A stretch of DNA of 64,000 nucleotides from an uncultured bacterium (GTDB taxonomy: Bacteria; Gemmatimonadota; Gemmatimonadetes; Gemmatimonadales; Gemmatimonadaceae): assembly GCA_963978095.1 (NCBI GenBank), contig CAXBQP010000002.1, positions 1 through 64,000 of the forward strand. Reading direction: 5' to 3'. The position numbers and the translations under genes are program-made. Positions 18,803 to 28,272 of the stretch are shown piece after piece. The stretch's first letter is position 1, and every line of letters begins with the position of its first letter. The notes below the pieces were generated by a model, which did not search any database, was not told the DNA's origin, and saw nothing but the letters and a program-made list of their open reading frames with translations.

Positions 18803-20137
18803 CTAGAAGCCGCCGGTGGCCGAGCGACCGCGGAACTTGACGCGGCCCTTCTTCATGAAGCCGTCGTACTTGCGCAGCAACAGATGCTGCTGCATTTGCG
18901 CCATCGTGTCGAGCGCCACGCCCACGACGATGAGCAACGAAGTCCCGCCGAACTTGAACGGCACGTTGATGAGATCCGCGATCCAGATCGGCATCAGCGC
19001 GATCATGGTCAGGAAGATCGCGCCGGGCAGGGTGATCCGACTCACGACATGGTCGATGTACTCGGCCGTCTTGCTTCCGGGCTTCACACCCGGGATGAAG
19101 CCGCCCTGCTTCTTCAGGTTCTCCGCCAGATCGATCGGATTGAAGATGATCGAGGTGTAGAAGTACGTGAAGAACACGATCAGCGTCGCCGAGAGCAGGA
19201 AGTACAGCCAAGTCCCCGGCGCGAGATAGTCCGCGAAATCGCGAAGCTTCTCGCTCCCGCTCACCTGGGCCAGCGCGCCGGGTACCACGATCAGCGAGTT
19301 CGCGAAGATGATCGGCATGACGCCCGCCGAGTTGATGCGGAGCGGGATGAAGTTCTTGGCGGCCTCGCGCTGACGACCACGGGCCATCGTACGCTGCGGA
19401 ATCTGGATCGAGATGCGACGAGCCGCGAGCGTGATCCCGACCACACCAGCGACCACCGCGAGCATGATGGCACCGAGCGCCACGAGCCCGATCAAGGGCA
19501 CCGCCCCCGTGCTGACATACTTGAACGTGTCGATGATCCCGGGCCAGAAGCGCTCGACGATCGAGAAGAAGATCAGCAGCGACGCACCGTTGCCCAATCC
19601 ACGCTCCGTGATCTGCTCACCGAGCCACATCACGAAGATCGCGCCGGTGGTGAGGATGAACGCCATCTGCAGCTTGAAGCCCACCCCCGGCGTCCCGACG
19701 GCCCCCTGCACACTCTCCGTGAACAGGGCGAAGCCCCACGCCTGCACCATCGCCAGGCCGACCGCGCCATACCGGGTCCACTGCGTGATTTGCTTCCGCC
19801 CCTCTTCGTCCTTCTGCATCTTGTCGACCTGCGGGATCACCGCGCCGGCGATCTGCGCGAAGATGCTCGCGGAGATGTACGGCATGATCCCGAGCGCGAA
19901 GACCGTGGCGCGTGAGAGGTTCCCGCCGACGAACAGGTCATAGAGGCCGAGCAGGCCCCCGCCCTTCGACTGGTTCTGGAAGAAATCCACCATCGCCTGC
20001 ACATCGACGCCAGGAGCGGCGACGTGCGAGCCCACCCGGTACACCACCAGGCAGATGAAGGTGAAGACGATCTTCTCCCAGAGTTCCGGCGTGCGGTAGA
20101 TGTTCGCGACCGCCGCCGCGGGATTCGCCTGAGCCAT
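18803..20137 (-). CDS. secY: Preprotein translocase SecY
   Basis: FALGIMPYISASI, GLGNGASLLIF, FIPGVKPG, GGTSLLIVVGV. Start MAQANP at 20137. Confidence 0.98.
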   Translation of the reverse strand: MAQANPAAAVANIYRTPELWEKIVFTFICLVVYRVGSHVAAPGVDVQAMVDFFQNQSKGGGLLGLYDLFVGGNLSRATVFALGIMPYISASIFAQIAGAVIPQVDKMQKDEEGRKQITQWTRYGAVGLAMVQAWGFALFTESVQGAVGTPGVGFKLQMAFILTTGAIFVMWLGEQITERGLGNGASLLIFFSIVERFWPGIIDTFKYVSTGAVPLIGLVALGAIMLAVVAGVVGITLAARRISIQIPQRTMARGRQREAAKNFIPLRINSAGVMPIIFANSLIVVPGALAQVSGSEKLRDFADYLAPGTWLYFLLSATLIVFFTYFYTSIIFNPIDLAENLKKQGGFIPGVKPGSKTAEYIDHVVSRITLPGAIFLTMIALMPIWIADLINVPFKFGGTSLLIVVGVALDTMAQMQQHLLLRKYDGFMKKGRVKFRGRSATGGF

Positions 20138-20138
20138 G

Positions 20139-20603
20139 TTATGCCTCGACCGTTCCGCCGGCCGCGACAATCTTCTCGCGAGCCTGCGCACTCATCTTGA
20201 GTCCCTTGACCGTCACGGCATGCGTGATCTCGCCATTGGCCAGGAGCTTCGCCGGTCCCTTCGCGCTCTTGATCAGCCCCGCCGCGACCAACGACTCGCG
20301 CGTCACCTCGGTCCCCGCGGCCAGCAGCGCCAGATCGGCAATGCTCACCACCTGCGACTCGATCCGGAACGGGTTCGTGAAGCCGCGCTTCGGAATGCGG
20401 CGCGTCATCGGCATCTGACCGCCCTCGAAGTGCGGCTTGTTGCCGCCGTGGCCGTGATGGCCCGCGCGCGCCTTGATGCCCTTGTGCCCCTTGCCCGACG
20501 TCTTGCCCGTGCCCGACCCCGGGCCGCGGCCAAGCCGCTTGCGGTTCCGGTGCGAGCCCGGCGCCGGCGCCAGGTTATGAAGTCCGATCTTCTCGTTCGA
20601 CAC
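20139..20603 (-). CDS. rplO: 50S ribosomal protein uL15
   Basis: [27 protein letters not shown]. Confidence 0.97.
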   Translation of the reverse strand: MSNEKIGLHNLAPAPGSHRNRKRLGRGPGSGTGKTSGKGHKGIKARAGHHGHGGNKPHFEGGQMPMTRRIPKRGFTNPFRIESQVVSIADLALLAAGTEVTRESLVAAGLIKSAKGPAKLLANGEITHAVTVKGLKMSAQAREKIVAAGGTVEA

Positions 20604-20607
20604 GGGA

Positions 20608-20859
20608 TTACTCCTGAACCGGGGTGACCGTCACCAGGTGACGCACCCGCTTGATCATGCCCCGCAGCGACGGCGAATCCTGCTGCGTGACTTCGTCCTG
20701 ATGGTGCTTGAGACCGAGCGCCTCAAGGTTCGCGCGCATCCGGGCCGTCTGCCCGATGCCGCTCTTGACCTGCTTGATGAGCACCTTCCCCGACGTCAAC
20801 GTCTCGGGCGGCGTGGTCTTCGGACCACGCGAGCGGTGCCACACGAACGTCCTAGGCAT
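20608..20859 (-). CDS. rpmD: 50S ribosomal protein uL30 with N-terminal extension
   Basis: IKQVKSGIG...LEALGL...[11 protein letters not shown]; lies between rpsE and rplO. Confidence 0.92.
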   Translation of the reverse strand: MPRTFVWHRSRGPKTTPPETLTSGKVLIKQVKSGIGQTARMRANLEALGLKHHQDEVTQQDSPSLRGMIKRVRHLVTVTPVQE

Positions 20860-21640
20860 GCGCGGCCTCCTTCGACTTGGCACGCGAACGGTAGCCGAGC
20901 GACGACACCTCGACACCACGCTCACGCGCGATCTGCTCCACCGTCGTCAGCGCCTGAAGGCCCTGCATCGCGGCAAGCACCATGTTGTGCGGGTTCGTCG
21001 AACCCAACGACTTCGTGAGGATGTCGCTGATGCCGACGCACTCCATGACGGCACGCACCGCACCACCCGCGATCACACCGGCACCCGGAGCCGCCGGCTT
21101 CATCAACACCTTGCCGGCCCCATGCGCCCCGACGATCTCGTGCGGGATCGTCGACCCGGTCATCGGGATCGACACCATGTGGCGGCGCGCCGCATCCACG
21201 GCCTTGCGGACCGCTTCGGACACTTCGTTCGCCTTGCCGGTCGCGATCCCCACCTTGCCCTGCCCATCGCCCACCGCCACGATCGCGCTGAACGAGAAGC
21301 GGCGGCCACCCTTCACCACCTTGGCCACACGGTTGATCGCGATCACGTTCTCGACGAGATCCGATCCCTCCTCCCCGCGTCCGCCCGGTCCGCCCGGGCC
21401 CCCACGGTCGCCGCGGCCACGGCCACCTCCCCCACCACGTCCACCCCCCGGGCCGCCACGACCGGCACCACCGCCGCCGCCAGCACCACCGCCCGGGCCA
21501 CCACGTCCACGCGCACCGCCCGCACCACCGCCCGGACCGCCGCGACCGCGGGGACCGTTGCGGTTGGCGCCGCTGCGCGCGCTGCCACCCATACGCGGGG
21601 CCGGAGCCGCCGCCGGAGTCGTCTCTTCGTTATCCGCCAT
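20852..21640 (-). CDS. rpsE: 30S ribosomal protein uS5 with long Gly/Arg-rich N-terminus
   Basis: [34 protein letters not shown]. Confidence 0.97.
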   Translation of the reverse strand: MADNEETTPAAAPAPRMGGSARSGANRNGPRGRGGPGGGAGGARGRGGPGGGAGGGGGAGRGGPGGGRGGGGGRGRGDRGGPGGPGGRGEEGSDLVENVIAINRVAKVVKGGRRFSFSAIVAVGDGQGKVGIATGKANEVSEAVRKAVDAARRHMVSIPMTGSTIPHEIVGAHGAGKVLMKPAAPGAGVIAGGAVRAVMECVGISDILTKSLGSTNPHNMVLAAMQGLQALTTVEQIARERGVEVSSLGYRSRAKSKEAAHA

Positions 21641-21997
21641 TTAGAACTCCAGCCCGCCTTCGCGGGCACCGTCGGCCACCGCCTTCACGCGGCCGTGATA
21701 CTGGTAGCCGGCACGGTCGAACACGACCTTGCTGATGCCGGCGGCCTTCGCCTTCTCGGCGATGCGCTTCCCGACTTCGACCGACTTCTCGGTCTTCTTC
21801 CCGGTCAATCCCGAATCCGTGACCGTCGCGATCGTGCGCTGCACGACGTCGTTCACCAACTGGGCATAGATGTGCTTGTCCGAACGGAACACCACCAACC
21901 GCGGACGCTCCTCCGTCCCCTTCACCTTCGCGCGCACGCGAATGTGACGCCGCGTCCGAAGATTGGCACGACCCTTGGGTACTCGTTTCCCTGGCAT
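21641..21997 (-). CDS. rplR: 50S ribosomal protein uL18
   Basis: [37 protein letters not shown]. Start MPGKR at 21997. Confidence 0.96.
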   Translation of the reverse strand: MPGKRVPKGRANLRTRRHIRVRAKVKGTEERPRLVVFRSDKHIYAQLVNDVVQRTIATVTDSGLTGKKTEKSVEVGKRIAEKAKAAGISKVVFDRAGYQYHGRVKAVADGAREGGLEF

Positions 21998-22536
21998 TAC
22001 TTGCCTCCCGCCTTGCCGGCCTTCCGCCGGATGACTTCGCCCGCGTACTTGACACCCTTGCCCTTGTACGGCTCCGGCTTGCGCAACGACCGGATCTCGG
22101 CCGCCACCTGCCCCACAATCTCCTTGTCCGCGCCCGCGACGACCACATTCGTCGGCTGCGGCGCCGTCAGCGAGATCCCCTTCGGGGCCTTCACTTCGAT
22201 CGTGTGCGAGTATCCGAGCGACATCAGCAACCCGTACGGCTTCACTTCCGCCTTGTAACCGACGCCGGAGATCTCCAGCTGCTTCACATAGCCCTTCGTC
22301 ACACCCTCGACCATGTTGGCCACGAGCGTGCGCGACAGCCCATGCAGCGACTTGTGCATCGGCTCGTCCGACGGACGCGTCACCGTGCACACGTTCCCCT
22401 GGACCGACACACCGATCTGCGGATTCAACACCCGATGGAGCTCACCCTTGGGACCCTTCACCGTCACGGCCGAACCCGTCACCGTGATGGTCACGCCCGC
22501 GGGGATCTCGATGGGCAACTTCCCGATACGCGACAT
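21997..22536 (-). CDS. rplF: 50S ribosomal protein uL6
   Basis: [18 protein letters not shown]. Confidence 0.98.
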   Translation of the reverse strand: MSRIGKLPIEIPAGVTITVTGSAVTVKGPKGELHRVLNPQIGVSVQGNVCTVTRPSDEPMHKSLHGLSRTLVANMVEGVTKGYVKQLEISGVGYKAEVKPYGLLMSLGYSHTIEVKAPKGISLTAPQPTNVVVAGADKEIVGQVAAEIRSLRKPEPYKGKGVKYAGEVIRRKAGKAGGK

Positions 22537-22548
22537 GATGGCGTCTCC

Positions 22549-22950
22549 TTACCAGACGAGGGCGAGAAGCTCACCACCCGTCCGCTGCGCGCGCGCCTGC
22601 CGGTCGGTCATCAACCCCTTCGAGGTGCTGAGGATCGCCACGCCAAGCCCGTTGCGCACGCGCGGGATCTCCGTCGCGCCGACATACGTGCGGAGCCCGG
22701 GGCTCGACACACGCTTCAGCTCGCGGATCACCGACTGCCCGCCATGCGCATACTTCAGCACCACGCGCAACACGGGACGCCCCTCGTCCGTTTCCACCGT
22801 CTTGTAGTCGGCGATGAAGTTGTTCTCCTTCAACAACCGGGCGATCTCAAGCTTCAACTTCGAAGCCGGAATGTCCACGCGACGGTGCTTCGACCCGCAA
22901 GCGTTGCGGATCCGCGTGAGCATATCGGCCACTGGATCGGTCATGCTCAT
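22549..22950 (-). CDS. rpsH: 30S ribosomal protein uS8
   Basis: MTDPVADMLTRIRNA, SSPGLRTY, GGELL. Confidence 0.98.
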   Translation of the reverse strand: MSMTDPVADMLTRIRNACGSKHRRVDIPASKLKLEIARLLKENNFIADYKTVETDEGRPVLRVVLKYAHGGQSVIRELKRVSSPGLRTYVGATEIPRVRNGLGVAILSTSKGLMTDRQARAQRTGGELLALVW

Positions 22951-22965
22951 GATGAATGTCCTTGT

Positions 22966-23006
22966 CTCCTGTGGTTTCCGGACGTCTCCGACCGGACCTG
23001 CAGGAA
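22966..23006 (-). promoter_or_regulatory. Candidate uS8-binding mRNA hairpin (16S helix-21 mimic) upstream of rpsH
   Basis: mRNA UUCCUG-CA-GG-U-CCGG-UCG-GAGA-CG-U-CCGG-A-AA-CC-A-CAGGAG: GNRA-capped hairpin with the A-bulge/GU...AAAC core of the uS8 site. Confidence 0.65.
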
Positions 23007-23044
23007 GTGAATGGTTGGTACGATGGGTCCGAACAGTCCTGCGT

Positions 23045-23350
23045 CTACCAGCTCGCCTTGCGCACACCCGGGATCAGGCCGTTCAGCGCCATCTCCCGGA
23101 ACGCCATGCGCGACAAGCCAAACATCGCGACATACCCGCGCGAACGACCGGTCATCGAGCACCGATTGCGGATGCGCTCACGCGCCGAGTTGCGCGGCAA
23201 CTTCTGCAACTTGACCTGCGCCGCCGCCTTCTCCTCGTCGGTCGACTTCGGATTCTGCATGACCGCCTTCAACGTCGCGCGCTTCGCGGCGTACTGAGCG
23301 GTCATCTTCTTCCGGCGGTCGTTCTTCTCCGTGCTGCTCTTCTTCGCCAT
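23045..23350 (-). CDS. rpsN: 30S ribosomal protein uS14 (101-aa, Zn-independent type)
   Basis: LQKLPRNS..RIRNRC..TGR.RG, GVRKASW; only one Cys. Confidence 0.97.
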   Translation of the reverse strand: MAKKSSTEKNDRRKKMTAQYAAKRATLKAVMQNPKSTDEEKAAAQVKLQKLPRNSARERIRNRCSMTGRSRGYVAMFGLSRMAFREMALNGLIPGVRKASW

Positions 23351-23361
23351 GGTCGGATCCC

Positions 23362-24030
23362 TTAGTGATGAACGACGATCGGCTTGTCGTCGCCGCGGAA
23401 CGGCATACCGAGTTCGCGCAACAGCGCGAAGGCCTGGTCATCCTTGTTCGTCGTGGTCACGAACGTGATGTCCATCCCGTGGATCTGTTCAACTTGATCG
23501 AAGTTGATCTCCGGGAAGATCATCTGCTCCTTCACGCCGAGGCTGTAGTTGCCACGGCCGTCGAACGCGCGCGTCGACAACCCGCGGAAATCGCGGATGC
23601 GCGGGATCGCCGTCGTCACGAACCGGTCCAGGAACTCCCACATCCGGTTGCCACGCAGCGTCACGCTCGCGCCGATCTCCTGCCCCTGACGCAACCCGTA
23701 GTTGGCGATCGACTTCTTCGCCTTCTTCCGCACCGGCAGCTGCCCCGCGATGATCGACAACTCCTCGACCACCGTGTCCAGCACCTTGGGCTGCTTGATC
23801 GCCTCACCCATGCCGACGTTCAACACGATCTTCTCGAGATTCGGGATCTCATGCGGATTCGACAGCCCGAACTGCTTCGAGAGGTTCGCGCGAACCGTGT
23901 TCAGGTAATACGCGCGGAGTCGCGGTGCCGGCACCGGCAGGTCAACACCCGCATGCGGAGGACGCGGAGCCGCCGCGGCCGCCTGACGCTTGCCCCCGCC
24001 CTTCTTCTGGTCCTTTTCCTTGGTCGCCAT
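23362..24030 (-). CDS. rplE: 50S ribosomal protein uL5 with N-terminal extension
   Basis: EKIVLNVGMGEA, PRIRDFRG, FDGRGNY, GMDIT. Confidence 0.98.
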   Translation of the reverse strand: MATKEKDQKKGGGKRQAAAAAPRPPHAGVDLPVPAPRLRAYYLNTVRANLSKQFGLSNPHEIPNLEKIVLNVGMGEAIKQPKVLDTVVEELSIIAGQLPVRKKAKKSIANYGLRQGQEIGASVTLRGNRMWEFLDRFVTTAIPRIRDFRGLSTRAFDGRGNYSLGVKEQMIFPEINFDQVEQIHGMDITFVTTTNKDDQAFALLRELGMPFRGDDKPIVVHH

Positions 24031-24048
24031 CTGATCTCAGTCCTCGGA

Positions 24049-24453
24049 TTAGCGCTTGGTGGGACGCGGGAACGCGTCACCAGACTTCACGCTGATCCGC
24101 TCCTTCGTGCCGTCGGCGTCGATCCGCGCGCGGACGCGCGTGGGTGCGCCCGACTTCGGGTCCTTCAGCATCACGTTCGACGCATGCACCGGCGCGGGCA
24201 TCTCGATGATCCCCGACTGCTCCTCCGCCGTCCGCGCCTTCCGGTGCTTCTTCACAATGTTGATCCCCTCGATCAGCACACGCCCCGTCTTCGGGTACAC
24301 GCGGATGATCTTCCCTTCCTTCCCCTTGTCGTCGCCACGGACCACCTTCACGGTGTCGCCCTTGGCCACGTGCAGCACCTCACGCTCCGCGTTGATCACG
24401 TGACGCGTGCGGTTCCGCTTCCCCAGGGTCTTCTTGTAAACGTGCGTACGCAT
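24049..24453 (-). CDS. rplX: 50S ribosomal protein uL24 with N-terminal extension
   Basis: [17 protein letters not shown] (KOW), VHASNV. Confidence 0.96.
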   Translation of the reverse strand: MRTHVYKKTLGKRNRTRHVINAEREVLHVAKGDTVKVVRGDDKGKEGKIIRVYPKTGRVLIEGINIVKKHRKARTAEEQSGIIEMPAPVHASNVMLKDPKSGAPTRVRARIDADGTKERISVKSGDAFPRPTKR

Positions 24454-24454
24454 G

Positions 24455-24823
24455 TCAGATCACCTCGGGCGCGAGCGACACGATCTTCATGTACCGCTTG
24501 TCGCGCAGTTCACGGGCCACCGGACCGAAGATACGCGTCGCCCGCGGCTCGCCATTGTCATTGATGATGACCACGGCGTTCTCGTCGAAACGAATGTAGC
24601 TCCCGTCCTTCCGTCGCGTCTCCTTCACGGTGCGCACCACCACGGCACGCGCCACGTCGGACTTCTTCACCGTGCCGTTCGGCAGGGCGTTCTTGACCGC
24701 GACGATCACGATATCCCCAAGACCGGCATAGCGCCGGCGGGTCCCGCCCAGCACGCGGATCACCAGGGCCGTCTTCGCCCCCGAGTTGTCCGCCACCTTG
24801 ACCATCGACTCCTGCTGAATCAT
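24455..24823 (-). CDS. rplN: 50S ribosomal protein uL14
   Basis: [27 protein letters not shown]. Confidence 0.98.
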   Translation of the reverse strand: MIQQESMVKVADNSGAKTALVIRVLGGTRRRYAGLGDIVIVAVKNALPNGTVKKSDVARAVVVRTVKETRRKDGSYIRFDENAVVIINDNGEPRATRIFGPVARELRDKRYMKIVSLAPEVI

Positions 24824-24835
24824 TTGTCGTCTCCC

Positions 24836-25117
24836 TTAGCGCGCGCGTTCGACGATCTCGACCACGCGCCACCGCTTGTCCTTCGACAGCGGGCGGGTCT
24901 CCATGATGCGCACGGTGTCGCCCGTCTTCGCCGAGTTCTCCTCGTCGTGCGCCTTCAGGCGCTTCGTCCGGGTGACCATCTTGCCGTACACGGGATGCGG
25001 AACGCGACGCTCGATCTGGACCACGACCGTCTTCGCCATCTTGTCGCTCACTACCAGCCCCGTCCGCGTCTTGCGCGCACCGCGCGCGGCCGTCGAGGCG
25101 CTCTGGATCTCAGCCAT
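24836..25117 (-). CDS. rpsQ: 30S ribosomal protein uS17
   Basis: [37 protein letters not shown] precedes ATG 25117. Confidence 0.97.
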   Translation of the reverse strand: MAEIQSASTAARGARKTRTGLVVSDKMAKTVVVQIERRVPHPVYGKMVTRTKRLKAHDEENSAKTGDTVRIMETRPLSKDKRWRVVEIVERAR

Positions 25118-25119
25118 GG

Positions 25120-25347
25120 TCACTTACCTCCCGCCTTTCGCGCCGCACCGGCCGGCGCGGCCTGCTGCACGCGCAGCTCCGTCTTGAGCCGCGCGATGTC
25201 GCGGCGAATCCCCCGCAGGCGAAGCGGATCGTCCAACGTCTGCGTCGCCCCACGGAACTTCAGGTTGAACCGCTCGCGCTCCAACTCCGCGATGCGGGTT
25301 GCGATCTCTGCTGCCGACAGCTCGCGGATCTGCGAAGCCTTCATCAT
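25120..25347 (-). CDS. rpmC: 50S ribosomal protein uL29
   Basis: [10 protein letters not shown]...ERFNLKF...[10 protein letters not shown]. Confidence 0.95.
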   Translation of the reverse strand: MMKASQIRELSAAEIATRIAELERERFNLKFRGATQTLDDPLRLRGIRRDIARLKTELRVQQAAPAGAARKAGGK

Positions 25348-25766
25348 TCGGTGTGCGCCTCCTCGCGGGCCACGAACTTCGACTTGACCCCGAGCTTCGC
25401 CGCAGCGAGGCCCAGTGCCTTCTTCGCCAACTCCTTCTCCACCCCCTCGATCTCGAACATCACGCGCCCCGGACGCACGACCGCCACCCACAACTCCGGC
25501 GAGCCCTTGCCCTTGCCCATGCGGGTCTCGGCCGGCTTCTTCGTGATCGGCTTGTCCGGGAAGATCCGGATCCACACCTTGCCGCCACGCTTGATGTGAC
25601 GCGTCAACGCCACTCGGGCCGCTTCAATCTGACGGGCCGTCACCCAGCCGGGCTCCAGCGCCTGCAGCCCGAAGTGCCCGAACGACACCTCGGCGCCACG
25701 GGTCGCGATCCCGTTGGTACGCCCCTTGAACATCTTGCGGAACTTCACGCGCTTCGGTGCGAGCAT
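25344..25766 (-). CDS. rplP: 50S ribosomal protein uL16
   Basis: [20 protein letters not shown]. Confidence 0.98.
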   Translation of the reverse strand: MLAPKRVKFRKMFKGRTNGIATRGAEVSFGHFGLQALEPGWVTARQIEAARVALTRHIKRGGKVWIRIFPDKPITKKPAETRMGKGKGSPELWVAVVRPGRVMFEIEGVEKELAKKALGLAAAKLGVKSKFVAREEAHTE

Positions 25767-25781
25767 TAGTCGTCTCCTCCC

Positions 25782-26441
25782 TTACGCGTCCGTCGAGTAC
25801 GTCTTGCCACGACGGTCCTCGACGATCTCGCCCTTGAAGATCCAAATCTTGACGCCGATCGTCCCGAACGTCGTCTTCGCCGTGCTCGTGGCGTAATCGA
25901 TGTTGGCCCGCAGCGTGTGCAGGGGCACCCGCCCCTCATGATAGCCCTCGACGCGCGCGATCTCGGCGCCGCCCAGACGACCACTGCACTTGACCTTGAT
26001 GCCTTCCGCGCCCATCCGCATCGCACTCTGCACGGCACGCTTCATTGCGCGCCGGAACGAGATGCGCTGCGCCAACTGCGCCGAGATGTTGTCGGCCACC
26101 AACTGCGCCTCAATCTCCGGGCGCTTGATCTCCTCGACATTCACCCCGACTTCCTTCCCGGTCAGCTGCTGGAGCTCGTTCTTCAGCTCCTCCACCGCCT
26201 GACCCTTCTTCCCGATGACGACACCCGGACGCCCGGTGTGGATCGTCACCACCACCTTCCCCGGCTTCCGCTCGATCGTGATGTCGCTGATCGCGGCACC
26301 CGAGAGACGCGCCTTCAGATACTTGCGGAGGAGCTCATCCTCCTGCAACAGCGCCGGAAAGTCCTTCTTGGCATACCACTTCGAACGCCACGTCTTCGAG
26401 ACGCCGAGGCGAAAGCCGATCGGATTGGTCTTCTGTCCCAT
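25782..26441 (-). CDS. rpsC: 30S ribosomal protein uS3
   Basis: [34 protein letters not shown]. Confidence 0.98.
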   Translation of the reverse strand: MGQKTNPIGFRLGVSKTWRSKWYAKKDFPALLQEDELLRKYLKARLSGAAISDITIERKPGKVVVTIHTGRPGVVIGKKGQAVEELKNELQQLTGKEVGVNVEEIKRPEIEAQLVADNISAQLAQRISFRRAMKRAVQSAMRMGAEGIKVKCSGRLGGAEIARVEGYHEGRVPLHTLRANIDYATSTAKTTFGTIGVKIWIFKGEIVEDRRGKTYSTDA

Positions 26442-26800
26442 TATCGCCCTTCCTTCTCGGACACGATGATGTCGATGTGGCTCGTGCGCTTGTGAACCGG
26501 AGTGGCACGTCCCATCGCCGCGGGGGTGAAGCGCTTGAGCTTCGGTCCCTCGTTCACGATGGCGTGCGTCACATACAACGCGTCGACGTCGAGCGAGCTG
26601 TTCGCGTTCCGCGCCGCCTGCTCGGCGTTCGCGATCGCACTCCGCAGCACCTTCTCGATCTGCTTCGCCGCGTGCTTCTTGCTGAACTTCAGGAGAGCGA
26701 GCGCCTCATTGACGTTCATCCCCCGCACCTGGTCGATCACCAAGCGCATCTTGTACGGCGACTGACGCGCCGTACGCTGGATCGCGCGTGCTCCGGCCAT
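26441..26800 (-). CDS. rplV: 50S ribosomal protein uL22
   Basis: [21 protein letters not shown]. Confidence 0.97.
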   Translation of the reverse strand: MAGARAIQRTARQSPYKMRLVIDQVRGMNVNEALALLKFSKKHAAKQIEKVLRSAIANAEQAARNANSSLDVDALYVTHAIVNEGPKLKRFTPAAMGRATPVHKRTSHIDIIVSEKEGR

Positions 26801-26803
26801 GGG

Positions 26804-27130
26804 TTACTTGCCTCCCTTGCCGGCCGGCGCCTTGGCCGGTGCCGCCGACACCGCCGGCTTCGCCGCGGCGCCCGCTGCCGTATGACCACGGAACAAACGC
26901 GTCGGCGAGAACTCGCCCAGCTTGTGTCCCACCATGTTCTCCGTCACGTAGACCGGAATGAACTTGTTGCCGTTGTGCACCCCGAACGTGTGCCCGACGA
27001 AATCCGGCAACACCGTGCTGGCGCGCGACCAGGTCTTGATGACCTTCTTCTCGTTGCGGGCGTTCATGCCCTGGACGCGCTTCATCAAGCTGTCCTGGAC
27101 GAATGGGCCCTTCTTGATGCTTCTCGCCAT
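26804..27130 (-). CDS. rpsS: 30S ribosomal protein uS19 (Ala/Lys/Pro C-terminal tail)
   Basis: [24 protein letters not shown]. Confidence 0.98.
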   Translation of the reverse strand: MARSIKKGPFVQDSLMKRVQGMNARNEKKVIKTWSRASTVLPDFVGHTFGVHNGNKFIPVYVTENMVGHKLGEFSPTRLFRGHTAAGAAAKPAVSAAPAKAPAGKGGK

Positions 27131-27145
27131 AGTCTCGTATCCCGG

Positions 27146-27976
27146 TTACTGGGTCGCCTTGCCGCGCTTCCGTCCGCGCACGATCAGGCGCTGCGACGGC
27201 TTCTTCTTGTTACGCGTCTTGACGCCTTCCTTCTTGCCCCACGGACTCACCACGTTGCGACCACCGCGCGTACGACCGCCGTGCGGGTGATCCACGGGGT
27301 TCATGACTTCACCGCGGACCTTCGGACGCTTGCCCGCCCAACGGCTCGCTCCGGCCTTGCCGGCCGACTTGAGCTCGTGCTCCGCGTTCCCGACCTCACC
27401 GATCGTGGCCAAGCAGGTGCCGTGCACCATGCGCATCTCCGACGACGCCATGCGCAACGTCACATACTCCCCTTCCTTCGCCACCACCTGCACGCTCGTG
27501 CCGGCCGAACGCGCCATCTGCGCACCCTTCTTCGGCGTGATCTCCACGCAATGCACCGCGGTACCGAGCGGGACTTCCTTCAGCGGCAGCGCGTTGCCGT
27601 TGCGCACGTCGGCGCCCGGCCCCGACACCACCGTGTCGCCCTGCTTCAGCCCCTTCGGGTGGATGATGTAGCGCTTCTCCCCGTCGGCGTACTCGATCAG
27701 CGCGATCCGGGCCGACCGGTTGGGATCGTATTCGATCTCCTTCACCGTGCCGACCACCCCGAACTTGTTGCGCTTGAAGTCGATGATGCGGTACATCTGC
27801 TTGTGACCACCACCGATGCGGCGCATCGCGATGTGGCCATGATTGTCACGCCCGCCACTCTTCGGCTTCGGCTCGACCAACGACTTCTCAGGCGTCGAAC
27901 GCGTGATCGTGTCGAAGTCCGAAACCGAGCGGAAACGCGAGCTCTTGGTGACCGGCTTGAACTGACGGATACCCAT
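27146..27976 (-). CDS. rplB: 50S ribosomal protein uL2
   Basis: [35 protein letters not shown]. Confidence 0.98.
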   Translation of the reverse strand: MGIRQFKPVTKSSRFRSVSDFDTITRSTPEKSLVEPKPKSGGRDNHGHIAMRRIGGGHKQMYRIIDFKRNKFGVVGTVKEIEYDPNRSARIALIEYADGEKRYIIHPKGLKQGDTVVSGPGADVRNGNALPLKEVPLGTAVHCVEITPKKGAQMARSAGTSVQVVAKEGEYVTLRMASSEMRMVHGTCLATIGEVGNAEHELKSAGKAGASRWAGKRPKVRGEVMNPVDHPHGGRTRGGRNVVSPWGKKEGVKTRNKKKPSQRLIVRGRKRGKATQ

Positions 27977-27981
27977 ATGCC

Positions 27982-28269
27982 TCAGCCCTCAAAGATCTCG
28001 ATCGTGTCGCCGGCCTTCAGCGTCACGATGGCCTTCTTCCAGCGCGGCCGGAGGCCGGAGCGGGTTCCCACGCGCTTCAACTTGCCGCGCTGCTGGGAGG
28101 TCCACACACCCGTCACCTTGACGCCGAACAGCGACTCGATCGCCTGCTTGATCGCCTGCTTGTTCGCGTCCGGATGCACTTCGAAGGTGTACTCGCCACG
28201 ATCCTGGTAAGCCGCCGAGCTCTTCTCGGTGACGATCGGGCGCACGATGGTACGGAGGAGCGTTGCCAT
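27982..28269 (-). CDS. rplW: 50S ribosomal protein uL23
   Basis: [16 protein letters not shown]. Confidence 0.97.
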   Translation of the reverse strand: MATLLRTIVRPIVTEKSSAAYQDRGEYTFEVHPDANKQAIKQAIESLFGVKVTGVWTSQQRGKLKRVGTRSGLRPRWKKAIVTLKAGDTIEIFEG

Positions 28270-28272
28270 TGA

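Noticed and set aside
18212..28210. Long plus-strand ORFs opposite ribosomal genes (18212-19915, 20708-22258, 26477-28210)
   Set aside because: Antisense shadows of strongly GC3-biased genes; Arg/His/Ala-rich with no motifs.
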